Of a stretch of DNA of 64,000 nucleotides, positions 45,798-55,826 are shown in pieces. Under the pieces are notes generated by a model. It saw only the letters and a list, made by a program, of their open reading frames with translations. It searched no databases and was not told where the DNA came from. The stretch's first letter is position 1. Every line of letters starts with the position of its first letter. The DNA is taken from the IMG/VR virus record IMGVR_UViG_3300027659_000014, positions 42,181 through 106,180 of that record. One strand, given 5' to 3'. The position numbers and the translations under genes are program-made. The stretch is from a virus.

Positions 45798-46256
45798 TTA
45801 AATATTAATAATTAAAAAATCACTTGAGTTAAATGCATTATTAGTATTTTTGTAATCAATTCTAACTTTTGCGGTATGTTCTAACTGTGATATATTTGGT
45901 ACCGTAAATTCTTTTTCCCCATATTGATTTACATATGTTCCTTGATTTTGGTCTTCTTTTGATGCATCTGTTATCTTAATGTTTGTTATTAAGATCCCTG
46001 GCATATATTTACTAACAGAATCCCTTATTTCATTTTCAATTTCACTAAATGTTGGTCCGTCTAAAGGTTCAAAAAGATATTCGTATAATCTAGATCCAAA
46101 ATCAGGTAAAAAATATCTTGTTCCCTTTTTACTTAATAATAAGTGTACAAGATTACTTCTTATTTCTTCATCACTATCATTAGAGGTATCTAAATATCTA
46201 CCAACGAACGAATCCCTAAACGGGAAACTTAAACCATATGTTATTCCATTTGCCAT
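45798..46256 (-). CDS. Baseplate protein, gp25/GPW family
   Basis: IRSNLVHLLLSKKGTRYFLPDFGSRLYEYLFEP. Confidence 0.92.
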   Translation of the reverse strand: MANGITYGLSFPFRDSFVGRYLDTSNDSDEEIRSNLVHLLLSKKGTRYFLPDFGSRLYEYLFEPLDGPTFSEIENEIRDSVSKYMPGILITNIKITDASKEDQNQGTYVNQYGEKEFTVPNISQLEHTAKVRIDYKNTNNAFNSSDFLIINI

Positions 46257-46304
46257 ATCTAATAAATATAAGGTTAAGAATTTTTGATTAAATAGATATA
46301 AAAT

Positions 46305-46336
46305 AAAAAATCACGACTTTTGCCGTGATTTTTTTA
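46305..46336. terminator. Intrinsic terminator after nrdA
   Basis: AAAAAATCACGAC-TTTT-GCCGTGATTTTTT, flanked by A and T runs. Confidence 0.75.
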
Positions 46337-46350
46337 AATAGTGATTTATT

Positions 46351-48780
46351 TTAAGATGAACAACCAAAACATTCAAACTCTGAACTATCCGGTTTTAATG
46401 GTAAACCTTCATTTACATGTTCAAATTTTGGTACTTCTGAGTTAAAATTTATTTTTTCTTTTTTACTTGTGTCCAACGCCAAATGTTTAGCCCCCGTTGA
46501 GATTGCCTTTGTTCTTACATAATAACAAAGGGTTTTTAAACCTTTTTCCCAAGAATGGAAATGTGATGAGGTAATTTTAGATAATGTAGGACTTGACATA
46601 TAAATGTTCATTGATTGTGATTGATCAATAAATGGGGCTCTATCTGCCGCCATATTAATTAATTCTTTTTGTGATATCTCCCAAATTGTTTTGTATTTAG
46701 GTATTAAATGTTCAATTCTTTTAACTTTTTTATTATAATTTTTGTCATCAGGATCTAAATAGTTATTAAAATTAATATTTTTAATTGATCCTTCATTCAT
46801 AATAATTTCATTTTTTAAATCTTCAGACCATATCCCAATTTTTTCAAAATCAGTAATTAAGTATTTGTTTACAATCATTATTTCACCACCAACAACTCGT
46901 CGATTAAATAATGCCGAATGTGCGGGTTCTGTCATTTCAAATGAACCTGTAATCTTAGCTGAAGACGCTACAGGCATTTGTGCGGTAAATAATGAATTAC
47001 ATACACCATACTGTTTTACATCATCTTTTAATGTGTTCCAATCCCAATATCCTGATAAATTATCATCAGTTAATCCCCACATGTCAAATTGAAATATTCT
47101 TTTCGACATTGGTGATCCTTTAAAGAATTTATATGGTTTATATTTATTTTTTTTACATAAATCATTACTCTCGTATATTGCACCATAATATATCGTTTCA
47201 AAAATTTGTTTGTTTAATAATTTTGCCTCTTCTTCAGTAAAAATCAAATCAAGTAAATAAAAAACATCTGCCAAACCTTGTGTTCCAATAGCAATTGATC
47301 TTTGTTCTAACCCCCCTTTTAATCCTTTTTTAGTTGAGTAACTATTTATATCGATAACTTTGTTTAAAGTTCTCACAACTTTTCTAACTTCATTAAATAA
47401 TAATTGAAAATCAAATTTATTTCCAATAATAAAGTTTTTAAGTACAATAGACGATAGGGTACAAATTGCAGTAGTTTCTTCATCCGTATACTGATATATC
47501 TCATTACAAAGATTAGATTGTTTAATTACTCCAATATTTTGATGATTAGTTTTTCTGTTTGCATTATCTTTGGAACATAGATAAGGAATTCCAGTTTCAA
47601 TTTGTGATTCAATTATTTTAGACCATATATCTTGTGCCTTAACTTTCTTACCTAACCCTAAAGAAACAGCTTTATTATAATTTTCCTCATATTCATTACC
47701 AAATGATTCTTGTAATGGTTTAATCCCCGCTTTAATTATATCGTTAGGACATAACAAATACCAATCTTCATTATTTTTAACTGATCTCATAAAGTTGTCA
47801 GGAATCCAAAGTGCCGTAAATAAATCACGAGCTCTTAATTCTTCAGCACCAGTATTTTTTTTAATTTCCAATAAGTCTATAATATCTTTATGCCAAGGTT
47901 CCAAATAAATTGCTGCGGATCCAGGTCTACGACCTTGTTGGTTAAAAAACCTTAATGATTCGTTAACAATTTTTAAATACTTCAACAACCCACCAGAGTG
48001 TCCACCTGATGTAGATATTCTACTTTCCTTACTTCTAATGTTAGACATAGATAATCCAATTCCCGCAGCATCTGAAGAGTAAGTTGAAATATCGTTTAAT
48101 GTGTCCAATAATCCTTGTCTTGAATCCGAATTATTATAATGTAAAACACAAGAAGCCAATTGAGGTACTTTTGTACCAGAATTAATCATTATTGGTGTTG
48201 CTTTAGAAATAAGTTGATTTGATAATGATTTATAATATTCAATTGCATCTTCAAAAGTATCTGTAACCCATAAGGCAACCCTCATATACATATGCTGTGG
48301 TCTTTCAATTACTTTTCCTTGTGGTGTTTTTAGTAAATACATCTCTTGTAATGATCTCCAAGCAAAATAGTCAAAATTATAATCGTTATTATGGTTTATA
48401 ATTTCATCAATATTTTTTTCTCCGTATTTTTGAATTGTTTCCACTAACACATCATTAATAATTCCATGTGAATGTAACTCTGACATTGTTTCTGAAAAAC
48501 TTGGGTTAGTTTCTTTATGGTATGAAGAAATTGCAATTGAAGATGCTAATCTTGAGTAATCATGATGACTTCCAGTGTAAGACGCAGCTATCTCATAAAT
48601 TAATTTATCTAATTCTTTTGTTGTTATATCACCTTCAGTTGGTACTGAAGTGATAACCTTGATAAAAATCTCATCTGAATTGACACTCAAACCTTTTGCG
48701 GATTTTTTAACACGATTGTAAATTTTTTGTGGGTTAAATGTTACATTATCCCCATCTCTTTTTATTATTTTAAGTGACAT
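46351..48780 (-). CDS. nrdA: Ribonucleotide reductase class Ia alpha subunit with ATP cone
   Basis: IIKRDG ATP cone, ERPQHMYMRVA, QLASC, SNLCNEI, MPVASSA, GLKTLCYYVRT, C-terminal CFGC. Confidence 0.97.
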   Translation of the reverse strand: MSLKIIKRDGDNVTFNPQKIYNRVKKSAKGLSVNSDEIFIKVITSVPTEGDITTKELDKLIYEIAASYTGSHHDYSRLASSIAISSYHKETNPSFSETMSELHSHGIINDVLVETIQKYGEKNIDEIINHNNDYNFDYFAWRSLQEMYLLKTPQGKVIERPQHMYMRVALWVTDTFEDAIEYYKSLSNQLISKATPIMINSGTKVPQLASCVLHYNNSDSRQGLLDTLNDISTYSSDAAGIGLSMSNIRSKESRISTSGGHSGGLLKYLKIVNESLRFFNQQGRRPGSAAIYLEPWHKDIIDLLEIKKNTGAEELRARDLFTALWIPDNFMRSVKNNEDWYLLCPNDIIKAGIKPLQESFGNEYEENYNKAVSLGLGKKVKAQDIWSKIIESQIETGIPYLCSKDNANRKTNHQNIGVIKQSNLCNEIYQYTDEETTAICTLSSIVLKNFIIGNKFDFQLLFNEVRKVVRTLNKVIDINSYSTKKGLKGGLEQRSIAIGTQGLADVFYLLDLIFTEEEAKLLNKQIFETIYYGAIYESNDLCKKNKYKPYKFFKGSPMSKRIFQFDMWGLTDDNLSGYWDWNTLKDDVKQYGVCNSLFTAQMPVASSAKITGSFEMTEPAHSALFNRRVVGGEIMIVNKYLITDFEKIGIWSEDLKNEIIMNEGSIKNINFNNYLDPDDKNYNKKVKRIEHLIPKYKTIWEISQKELINMAADRAPFIDQSQSMNIYMSSPTLSKITSSHFHSWEKGLKTLCYYVRTKAISTGAKHLALDTSKKEKINFNSEVPKFEHVNEGLPLKPDSSEFECFGCSS

Positions 48781-48796
48781 AGTATTTTTTTAATTT

Positions 48797-49744
48797 TTAA
48801 AAATCTTCTTCAAACGTAATTTTTTCATTTAATTTTGCTTTTTGATATTCCATTGTTCTTGACTCAAAGAAATTACCTTTTGTTTCAACAGCAATTTGTT
48901 CCATAAATTTAAATGGTTGGTCAACATTAAATTCTTTATTACAACCAAATTTTACCAAAAGACCATCTACAACAAATTCCAAATATTGTTTCATTAAATT
49001 TGAGTTCATTCCAATCAATGAAACTGGTAAGGATTCGGTAATAAATTCTTTTTCAATCTCAAGTGCGGATAATAAAATTTCTTTAATTCTTTTTTCTGAT
49101 GGTTTATTTTCACAATGGTTATTTAACAAATGAATTGCAAAATCACAATGTAGATTTTCATCTTTAAAAATTAGAGAATTAGCGTTACATAGTCCTTGCA
49201 TAATTCCTCTTGACTTTAACCAAAAAATAGAACAGAATGAACCTGAAAAGAATATTCCTTCAACTGCCGCAAAAGCAATTAACCTTTCTTGGAAAGATGA
49301 ATTATCAATCCAGTTTAATGCCCATTTTGCCTTCTTCTGTACCGCAGGTAGTCTATCAATCGCATTAAAACATTCGTCTTTTTCTTTAGTATCACTAATA
49401 TATGTGTCAATCAATAATGAATACATCAATGAGTGAATGTTTTCCATTGCTAATTGGAATCCGTAAAAGAATTTTGCTTCAGGATATTGTACCTCACGAT
49501 AAAAATTTTCCGCTAAGTTTTCATTAACAATACCATCAGATGCTGCGAAAAATGATAATAAATTTTTAACAAAGTATTTTTCATTATCCGTTAGTTTTTC
49601 CCAATCACGAATATCATTTGTTAAATCTACCTCTTCTGCCGTCCAAAATGCTGCTTGATGTTGTTTATAAAATTCCCATATGTCATTATGTTCAATTGGG
49701 AATATGACGAATCTTGAGGGGTTTTCAATTAATATTTTTTCCAT
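48797..49744 (-). CDS. nrdB: Ribonucleotide reductase class Ia beta subunit
   Basis: [50 protein letters not shown]. Confidence 0.97.
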   Translation of the reverse strand: MEKILIENPSRFVIFPIEHNDIWEFYKQHQAAFWTAEEVDLTNDIRDWEKLTDNEKYFVKNLLSFFAASDGIVNENLAENFYREVQYPEAKFFYGFQLAMENIHSLMYSLLIDTYISDTKEKDECFNAIDRLPAVQKKAKWALNWIDNSSFQERLIAFAAVEGIFFSGSFCSIFWLKSRGIMQGLCNANSLIFKDENLHCDFAIHLLNNHCENKPSEKRIKEILLSALEIEKEFITESLPVSLIGMNSNLMKQYLEFVVDGLLVKFGCNKEFNVDQPFKFMEQIAVETKGNFFESRTMEYQKAKLNEKITFEEDF

Positions 49745-49760
49745 TTTATTTAATTATTTT

Positions 49761-51146
49761 TTAATTTTTTTGTTTTTCTTGTCTTTCTTGTCTTTTTTCT
49801 AACAATTCTGTTACTCTTTGTCTTTGTCTTTCTTCTTGTTTTTCTTCTAAACCTAAGAAAGTCATAGAACTCTCGGTGTCAATGTCTAACATTGCATTAT
49901 CAAATTTACAATTTTCAAATATTACACCGTCATCTCCAACCCTTGATTTTGTAATTGCTATTGTCGCTAATTTCATCTCTTTCTGTTGAAGTGTTTTTGC
50001 AACCGTAATAATAACGTGACCAACTTGTGCCTTTTTAATTGACCCACCCATTTGATCAGTTGTTACAACCTCAGAAGAAATAGAACTTCTATTACCTTGT
50101 GTTGCAGTCCAACCAACTAAATTAAGTTCATGACACATAGCTTCAAACCCTCTCATAACAGAACCTTCGCTTTTCCATTCATCACCCAAATTTTTTTCAG
50201 GAACAACACAGTCAATATAATCTAATAATACCATATCAATCTTTGTTCCTTCAGCAACCATTTTTCTAATTTGATTTTTAATTTGTAAAATAGTTACAGT
50301 GTCAGAAGGTAATTTATTCATTATTAACTTATTTGGCATTGACTCTTCGATAGTTTTAACTTTTTCTATTACCTCATCCCTTTTTTCAGATAATTCGTCA
50401 GGATGAATTTTTGTCCAAAGAGTAAAATGTTTTCTTTGAATTACCTTTGGGTTATCTTCAAAAAAGATCTGAAGTACGTTGTTTCCTAAGTTAAATGCGT
50501 GGTTAGCAATTTTAGTTAAGATTGTAGATTTACCCACTCCTGTTGGAGCTAAAATAACTCCAATTTCACCTCTAGCTAAACCACCTTTTAATAGTTTATC
50601 GATACCTGGAATTCCCATTGGTATTGGATGTCTGTAATCATCATCAAGTACTTGATAAATATTAGAAAAAACATCCATAGCATTAGTATTTTTTTCTCCT
50701 ACTTGTAATGCTCCTCTAACTAACTCTTCAAGAGTGTCATAATTTTCAAATTCACCTCCATCAATTATTTTTTGAGCTTTAGTCATGACTTTTTGAAGTT
50801 CTTGTTGTTTACAGAATTTCAAAGCCTTTTCTTGTACAAAATTAACACCGTCAATAGGTGAATCCTTAATTTTTTTAATTGTGTCCAAAACTATTTTAGA
50901 TGCAATTTCTTGTTGTAATTCAGATTTAGTAATCTGTTCCAATGTTTCAAATGATGGGGTATGTTCGTATTTTACATAATACTCCTTAATCATTTGAACA
51001 ATTATTTTAAAGTATTTATTTTCAAAATAATTGTTTTCTATTACATCAATAATTGACTGTGAAAAGTCTTTATCTAATATGATTTGGTTTAATAATTGTA
51101 GTTGAAATACATTACCTAAGTACTCAAAGTTTTTGTTTGTCGCCAT
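49761..51146 (-). CDS. Replicative DnaB-like (T4 gp41-like) helicase
   Basis: APTGVGKS Walker A, LLDYID, TATQGNR, ITKSR. Confidence 0.92.
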   Translation of the reverse strand: MATNKNFEYLGNVFQLQLLNQIILDKDFSQSIIDVIENNYFENKYFKIIVQMIKEYYVKYEHTPSFETLEQITKSELQQEIASKIVLDTIKKIKDSPIDGVNFVQEKALKFCKQQELQKVMTKAQKIIDGGEFENYDTLEELVRGALQVGEKNTNAMDVFSNIYQVLDDDYRHPIPMGIPGIDKLLKGGLARGEIGVILAPTGVGKSTILTKIANHAFNLGNNVLQIFFEDNPKVIQRKHFTLWTKIHPDELSEKRDEVIEKVKTIEESMPNKLIMNKLPSDTVTILQIKNQIRKMVAEGTKIDMVLLDYIDCVVPEKNLGDEWKSEGSVMRGFEAMCHELNLVGWTATQGNRSSISSEVVTTDQMGGSIKKAQVGHVIITVAKTLQQKEMKLATIAITKSRVGDDGVIFENCKFDNAMLDIDTESSMTFLGLEEKQEERQRQRVTELLEKRQERQEKQKN

Positions 51147-51176
51147 GTTTTTTTGTTTTGTTAGTAATGATAAATA

Positions 51177-51629
51177 CTATTGGTTTTGATTAAAATTCGG
51201 GTAATAATAATTAAAATTTTTACCTGAAAAAATGTCAGTAAGATCGTTAAGTACACTTTTTAATTGTGGTCGTAGATCTACTGTATACCTTATTTTTGGC
51301 GGGTAATGTTTTGCGTTAAATGTTCTCTGACATATTGTCATATCACCAATTTTAACATAAACATTAAAATTTTCAGGTCCATCAGTAATTGATGTGTTTA
51401 ACATATCAGGATTTACACCTATTTCGTATTGGTTATCTAACATATAGATAACACTCCTCATTTTTAAATTATTTTTTAATTTATCCGTAAATAAACGAAA
51501 ATAATCATAAAATTCAACTGATTTGTGAGAGTTTTTGTTTAAACCTTTCACATTAAAAAATCTTTGTACGACAATATTGTCATTACACATTAATAAAAAT
51601 TCTACTTTTGTTACATCTTGATCTTTCAT
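51177..51629 (-). CDS. Hypothetical protein
   Basis: 150-aa ORF in the replication operon. Confidence 0.75.
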   Translation of the reverse strand: MKDQDVTKVEFLLMCNDNIVVQRFFNVKGLNKNSHKSVEFYDYFRLFTDKLKNNLKMRSVIYMLDNQYEIGVNPDMLNTSITDGPENFNVYVKIGDMTICQRTFNAKHYPPKIRYTVDLRPQLKSVLNDLTDIFSGKNFNYYYPNFNQNQ

Positions 51630-51638
51630 ACTTTTTTT

Positions 51639-52649
51639 TTAATTTTTGTTTCTAAATTTTGTTTTTTCTTTTCTTGATAATTTTAAAAATGGTTTTAAAA
51701 AATTAATCCACACATCATCTCCTTTTGGGAGGTACTTGAAGAACCCGTCGGTCATCATCATTCTAATTAGGTTTCTATGTCCTCTTCCATCAGGATCCAT
51801 TGACTCAGAGTAATATTCTCTAACCATTTTTTTACCATCTTCATCAATTAAAGGTTCTGATAAATCTACGAGTTTTTTATTGATTCTAAAAAAATCATCA
51901 CCCATAATACCTTCTTTTGTTTTTCCAATGATTAAATTTCCTAAAACAACATTTTTTTGTTGTTCTTTTAATAGTTGTTCACCTTTTGTTAAAATATCGG
52001 TTAAATATATCTTTGAATCAAGTATTTCAGGAAAAAATTTAATTAAAGTTTTCTCACCCATTAAACTTATTCCATCAATATTATCCGAAGTATCACCAGC
52101 AAGGATCTTAAATGTCATAACATTATAATGAGGAATCGAACAATTTTTAAATTTAATGTTGTCACCAAATTTATAATACGACTTTAAGTTTGGTGAATAA
52201 ATTAATACCTTTTCTGAAATTAATTGAGTTAAGTCTTTATCACTTGAGAATATCGTTTTCTCTTCATCTAAAGAGATTTGACAGTAATACGCAATAAGAT
52301 CATCGGCTTCCGAATTTTCAATCTCTAATTGTCTAATAAACATCTCTTCAAGATATTGTTTAACTCTTGTTTTTTGTTTGTTAAATGAATCTGTCTTCTC
52401 CACATCATTAGGAGAAGATTTACGATTCATCTTATATTTTGGATATATTAATTTTCTTTGAGATGAGTTTGTGTCACTATCCCAAAAGACCATAACTTTA
52501 TTAAAATTGGTTTCTTCTAAGAATTTACGAATTGTGTTAATAAAATGCCAAGTTCCACCAATGTGTTCCCCATTATTATAAAAATCTTTAACTCCGTGAA
52601 ATCCTATTTTTAATAAATTGTTACCATCAACAATTAATGTTTTGACCAT
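51639..52649 (-). CDS. 5'-3' exonuclease / flap endonuclease (PolI N-terminal, T4 RNase H-like)
   Basis: LIVDGNNL, YPKYKMNR, EADDLIA, SSDKDLTQL, LAGDTSDNIDG. Confidence 0.95.
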   Translation of the reverse strand: MVKTLIVDGNNLLKIGFHGVKDFYNNGEHIGGTWHFINTIRKFLEETNFNKVMVFWDSDTNSSQRKLIYPKYKMNRKSSPNDVEKTDSFNKQKTRVKQYLEEMFIRQLEIENSEADDLIAYYCQISLDEEKTIFSSDKDLTQLISEKVLIYSPNLKSYYKFGDNIKFKNCSIPHYNVMTFKILAGDTSDNIDGISLMGEKTLIKFFPEILDSKIYLTDILTKGEQLLKEQQKNVVLGNLIIGKTKEGIMGDDFFRINKKLVDLSEPLIDEDGKKMVREYYSESMDPDGRGHRNLIRMMMTDGFFKYLPKGDDVWINFLKPFLKLSRKEKTKFRNKN

Positions 52650-52680
52650 TTAAATTTTTTAAGTCGTTTGAAAATACTTT

Positions 52681-53664
52681 TTACTCGTCAGAGTCATCAT
52701 CAGATTCGGCTAAAGAATAATCAGAATATCCTAATTTTGTTTCCCAATAATCAGAATAGTCTTTCTTATAATTATCCAAAGATTCTTTTGTGTCTGCAAT
52801 ATAACCTTGTGGTACTGCAATTATCTTACCATCTTTATACCCAAGACCATTAACGTGATTCTTTAATATCGAAATCTTAGTTCTAATTGCAAAAGACACT
52901 TTTCTACCATTCTTAGTTGCATCAATGTGACTAATACCTGCCTTTTTCTGATTACCAAATAAAAACACTAATGATGATGCCAACCATACCGCTTCGCCAC
53001 CTTTGGCCTTGATTTCAGGTTGTCCAAATGGATTATCAGGAAGTAACACCCAAGGTTGATTTAAGATCACTAAAGTATTGTAATATGGGTAGTCTTCTTT
53101 TTTAGATTTTGAGATTCTTGAATGAATTCCCATACCAATTTTATCCGCTAATACTTTTGCGTTGTGCATTCCACCACCTTTACCATCAAAAGTCATCTGA
53201 CAAGGTATACTTCCAATACTGTCCCACAAAAATAATAAACTATAAGGAATATCTCCCTTTTCTTGAGCGTCAAGAATGTTATTAATAAATTCAGTTGCTT
53301 GTTCAATTACATCAAATGAATCGTTAAAAATAAACATACCATCATACTCACCAAGTTCGTTTTTTTCCGCCTGTAATCCCAATTCAATAGCATGTTCCCA
53401 AGACCATTTTTTCTCAGTAATAATAAGAATAGGTAAATGACCTTTTTTCTGAGCGTCAGCTGCTGCAAGGATCATTGCCGTTGTTTTTGAGGTATTTGAA
53501 TGTCCTAAAAACATATTTATACCACCCATAATAGGGCCAGGTAATCCACATGATCCCATAAAAGCTTCTCCACAATTATAGAAACTTTCTGGTTTGTATT
53601 TTGTTTTTGTCGAATATTTACCTTTAATTGTTTCTAAAGATATTTCTCTTTTTCTTATCGCCAT
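52681..53664 (-). CDS. RecA/UvsX-like recombinase
   Basis: GHSNTSKTT P-loop variant, FLWDSIG, ILNQ, KGGEA, ILKNH. Confidence 0.85.
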   Translation of the reverse strand: MAIRKREISLETIKGKYSTKTKYKPESFYNCGEAFMGSCGLPGPIMGGINMFLGHSNTSKTTAMILAAADAQKKGHLPILIITEKKWSWEHAIELGLQAEKNELGEYDGMFIFNDSFDVIEQATEFINNILDAQEKGDIPYSLLFLWDSIGSIPCQMTFDGKGGGMHNAKVLADKIGMGIHSRISKSKKEDYPYYNTLVILNQPWVLLPDNPFGQPEIKAKGGEAVWLASSLVFLFGNQKKAGISHIDATKNGRKVSFAIRTKISILKNHVNGLGYKDGKIIAVPQGYIADTKESLDNYKKDYSDYWETKLGYSDYSLAESDDDSDE

Positions 53665-53668
53665 TTTA

Positions 53669-53896
53669 TTATAAAATTTCTGAATTATATTTACGAATTT
53701 TTTCTAATGACTCAAGTTTATCTTGTGCGTTTGCGAATTTTTCAACTAACTTATCCATTTCTTCTAAATGTTGTGGATGTTCACCAATACCAACAGATGA
53801 AGTTAAATAAACTAATAACGTCGCTTCTGATTCTGCCATTTCACTGCGATATTTTAAGGACAATGCCTCATACATTTTTTCTGCTATTTTACTCAT
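53669..53896 (-). CDS. Small helical phage protein
   Basis: VGIGEHPQHLEEMDKL. Confidence 0.75.
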   Translation of the reverse strand: MSKIAEKMYEALSLKYRSEMAESEATLLVYLTSSVGIGEHPQHLEEMDKLVEKFANAQDKLESLEKIRKYNSEIL

Positions 53897-53919
53897 TTTT
53901 TTTGATTTTTTTTGATTTT

Positions 53920-53957
53920 AAAAAATATGGACACTCAGTATTTCCAAGTGCCCATGT
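53920..53957 (-). terminator. Intrinsic terminator after the SSB gene
   Basis: ATGGGCACTT...GAGTGTCCAT followed by ATTTTTT on the minus strand. Confidence 0.7.
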
Positions 53958-53967
53958 CGAACTTTAA

Positions 53968-54828
53968 TTAGAATGGTAATTCCTCATCAACGTTATTATT
54001 TGTTTGAGGGTCTTCAACTTGATTAATTGATTTTGATCCACCCAAAGAAATTTCAGATACACTACTGTTGGAATAAATGTATTTTCCCGCATCAGTATCC
54101 CATCTTGGGGTTTCTCCTTTAGCAATTGATTCAAGATACTCAACAGGTTTTTTGGAATATACATCCTCCCAAGTTAACTCATTATTAATCCAATCATTAG
54201 ATGTATCAGTATCAGTATGTGTTGGTGATGGATCATCATACATAACCGTTTGAATTACGGTATATGTTGCTCCTTTTGGAGTCTTTGCCTTTGTAAGTTC
54301 AAGGATTAAGTCACGACCATTATCAGAGTCGGTAACATCACCTTTTGCCTTCCAAATTGGAATAATTTTATCAAGTATTCCTTCTTGTTTGTAATTGTGT
54401 TTAAATCTCCAAAATTTAACACCGTCAGATTCGTTATCACGATCAATTACTTTAACAATATAAAACTTACGTGATTTGTATTGTGTTGCTAATTGTTTGT
54501 CGGATTCACGACCTGTTGAAATCAACTCTTCATAAACCTCATTTAAAGGTGAACGTTCGTTGTCATTTTTTCCTGGATCATAGAACTTTTGCCATTTACC
54601 ATCAACATTAATTTCGTGGAACCATACCTCTTTAAAAGGTGATGACCCATCTGTTGTAGGTAAAATACGGATTATTCTCTGACCTTGTTTTTCGGTATCC
54701 TTAAGGATTGCTGCGAAATACTTTTTCATTCTTTCTTCTTGTGTAAATTTTGAAGTGGAAGAAGAACCACTTTGTTTTGAACTCTCATACTGAGCCAAAA
54801 CCGCATCAAAGGAATTGTTTGTCGCCAT
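53968..54828 (-). CDS. Single-stranded DNA-binding protein, T4 gp32-like
   Basis: IIRILP...PFKEVWFH, YIVKVIDR, GVKFWRF, GRDLILE; acidic tail DEELPF. Confidence 0.85.
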   Translation of the reverse strand: MATNNSFDAVLAQYESSKQSGSSSTSKFTQEERMKKYFAAILKDTEKQGQRIIRILPTTDGSSPFKEVWFHEINVDGKWQKFYDPGKNDNERSPLNEVYEELISTGRESDKQLATQYKSRKFYIVKVIDRDNESDGVKFWRFKHNYKQEGILDKIIPIWKAKGDVTDSDNGRDLILELTKAKTPKGATYTVIQTVMYDDPSPTHTDTDTSNDWINNELTWEDVYSKKPVEYLESIAKGETPRWDTDAGKYIYSNSSVSEISLGGSKSINQVEDPQTNNNVDEELPF

Positions 54829-54861
54829 TGTTTGTATATTTTTTAAAAGTTTATAATAGAA

Positions 54862-54890
54862 AGTATAAGTTAAATAAAAATAGTAGTCAA
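54862..54890 (-). promoter_or_regulatory. Putative -35/-10 promoter for the replication operon
   Basis: TTGACT-N17-TATACT. Confidence 0.6.
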
Positions 54891-54937
54891 TAAGGTAAGT
54901 AAAAATATATAGAGATTTTTATTAAATAATTAATATA

Positions 54938-55600
54938 TTACATCATTTCATCTTGGTCTTCGTAGTCATTAAAACTACCTTTAATTTCATTTGGGGAAAA
55001 TTCTTCAACATCATTAGTTGTTAAAACATATTCATTTTTTCCAGATTTTTCCATTTCTCCCATTTTGTCATCAAAAAAATCACTTAATTTTTGATTAAAC
55101 GGTCCAGAATCTAAACTTCTTAATTCCAATTTTTCTTCAGGAGTTTTTGGTCTTATTTTTTCAATTTTTGATTCCAAACTATTTACCGTATTAACTAAAT
55201 TATCCATTTCACCTAATTTAGTCTCAAGAGTATTTAATTGATTAAATAAATTATTGAAATATTCTTCTTGTTTGTCAGCAAATGTTTTTTGTGTATCAAT
55301 TAAATCGGTAATATCAAGTTCTTCGGTTTCATTTCCAACTTCTTCCACATCAGGATCATTTTTAATATCAACTGGCTGAGGTGTTGGTTCGGTTGGAGGT
55401 GGAGGAGCAACCTCTCCACCCGGAGGTGGTGGTAATTCTCCACCCGGAGGTGGTGGTAATTCTCCTCCCGGAGGTGGTGGTAATTCTCCACCCGGAAGTG
55501 GAGGTAATTCTCCACCCGGAGGTGTTTCTTGTTCTAAGATATATTTATTGATATTTTTATATCTTCTAATTTCTTCTAATATTTTTTTATCTATTGACAT
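54938..55600 (-). CDS. Putative head-associated protein with polyproline repeat
   Basis: N-terminal KKILEEIRRYKNINKYILEQ, (PPGGELPP)n, acidic region, coiled coil. Confidence 0.7.
   Translation of the reverse strand: MSIDKKILEEIRRYKNINKYILEQETPPGGELPPLPGGELPPPPGGELPPPPGGELPPPPGGEVAPPPPTEPTPQPVDIKNDPDVEEVGNETEELDITDLIDTQKTFADKQEEYFNNLFNQLNTLETKLGEMDNLVNTVNSLESKIEKIRPKTPEEKLELRSLDSGPFNQKLSDFFDDKMGEMEKSGKNEYVLTTNDVEEFSPNEIKGSFNDYEDQDEMM
55413..55524. repeat. 24-bp GC-rich tandem repeat, about 4.7 copies, encoding PPGGELPP
   Basis: TCTCCACCCGGAGGTGGTGGTAAT units at 55413, 55437, 55461, 55485, partial at 55509. Confidence 0.95.
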
Positions 55601-55601
55601 A

Positions 55602-55826
55602 TTAACCGTTTAATAATTGTTTTATTCCAGATTTTGTTTCAACTTGGATTTTTTTATGTGTATTTAATGTATTGTCCACACGTTCAATCAGTCCATCCTT
55701 CATTCTTATTGTGTAACAATCTCCGGTATCTAAATCACACACCTCTTTAAATCCATTACCATTATCTTTTTCTGTTACTCTTGTGTTTTTACCAAGATAG
55801 TTATCTAAAATTAATTTTGTGTTCAT
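55602..55826 (-). CDS. Small hypothetical protein
   Basis: 74 aa, CDLDTGDC; TATTTATA at 55838-55845. Confidence 0.75.
   Translation of the reverse strand: MNTKLILDNYLGKNTRVTEKDNGNGFKEVCDLDTGDCYTIRMKDGLIERVDNTLNTHKKIQVETKSGIKQLLNG

Noticed and set aside
55413-55524. 24-bp repeats as CRISPR or ncRNA
   Set aside because: Head-to-tail coding minisatellite with variation mainly at synonymous sites
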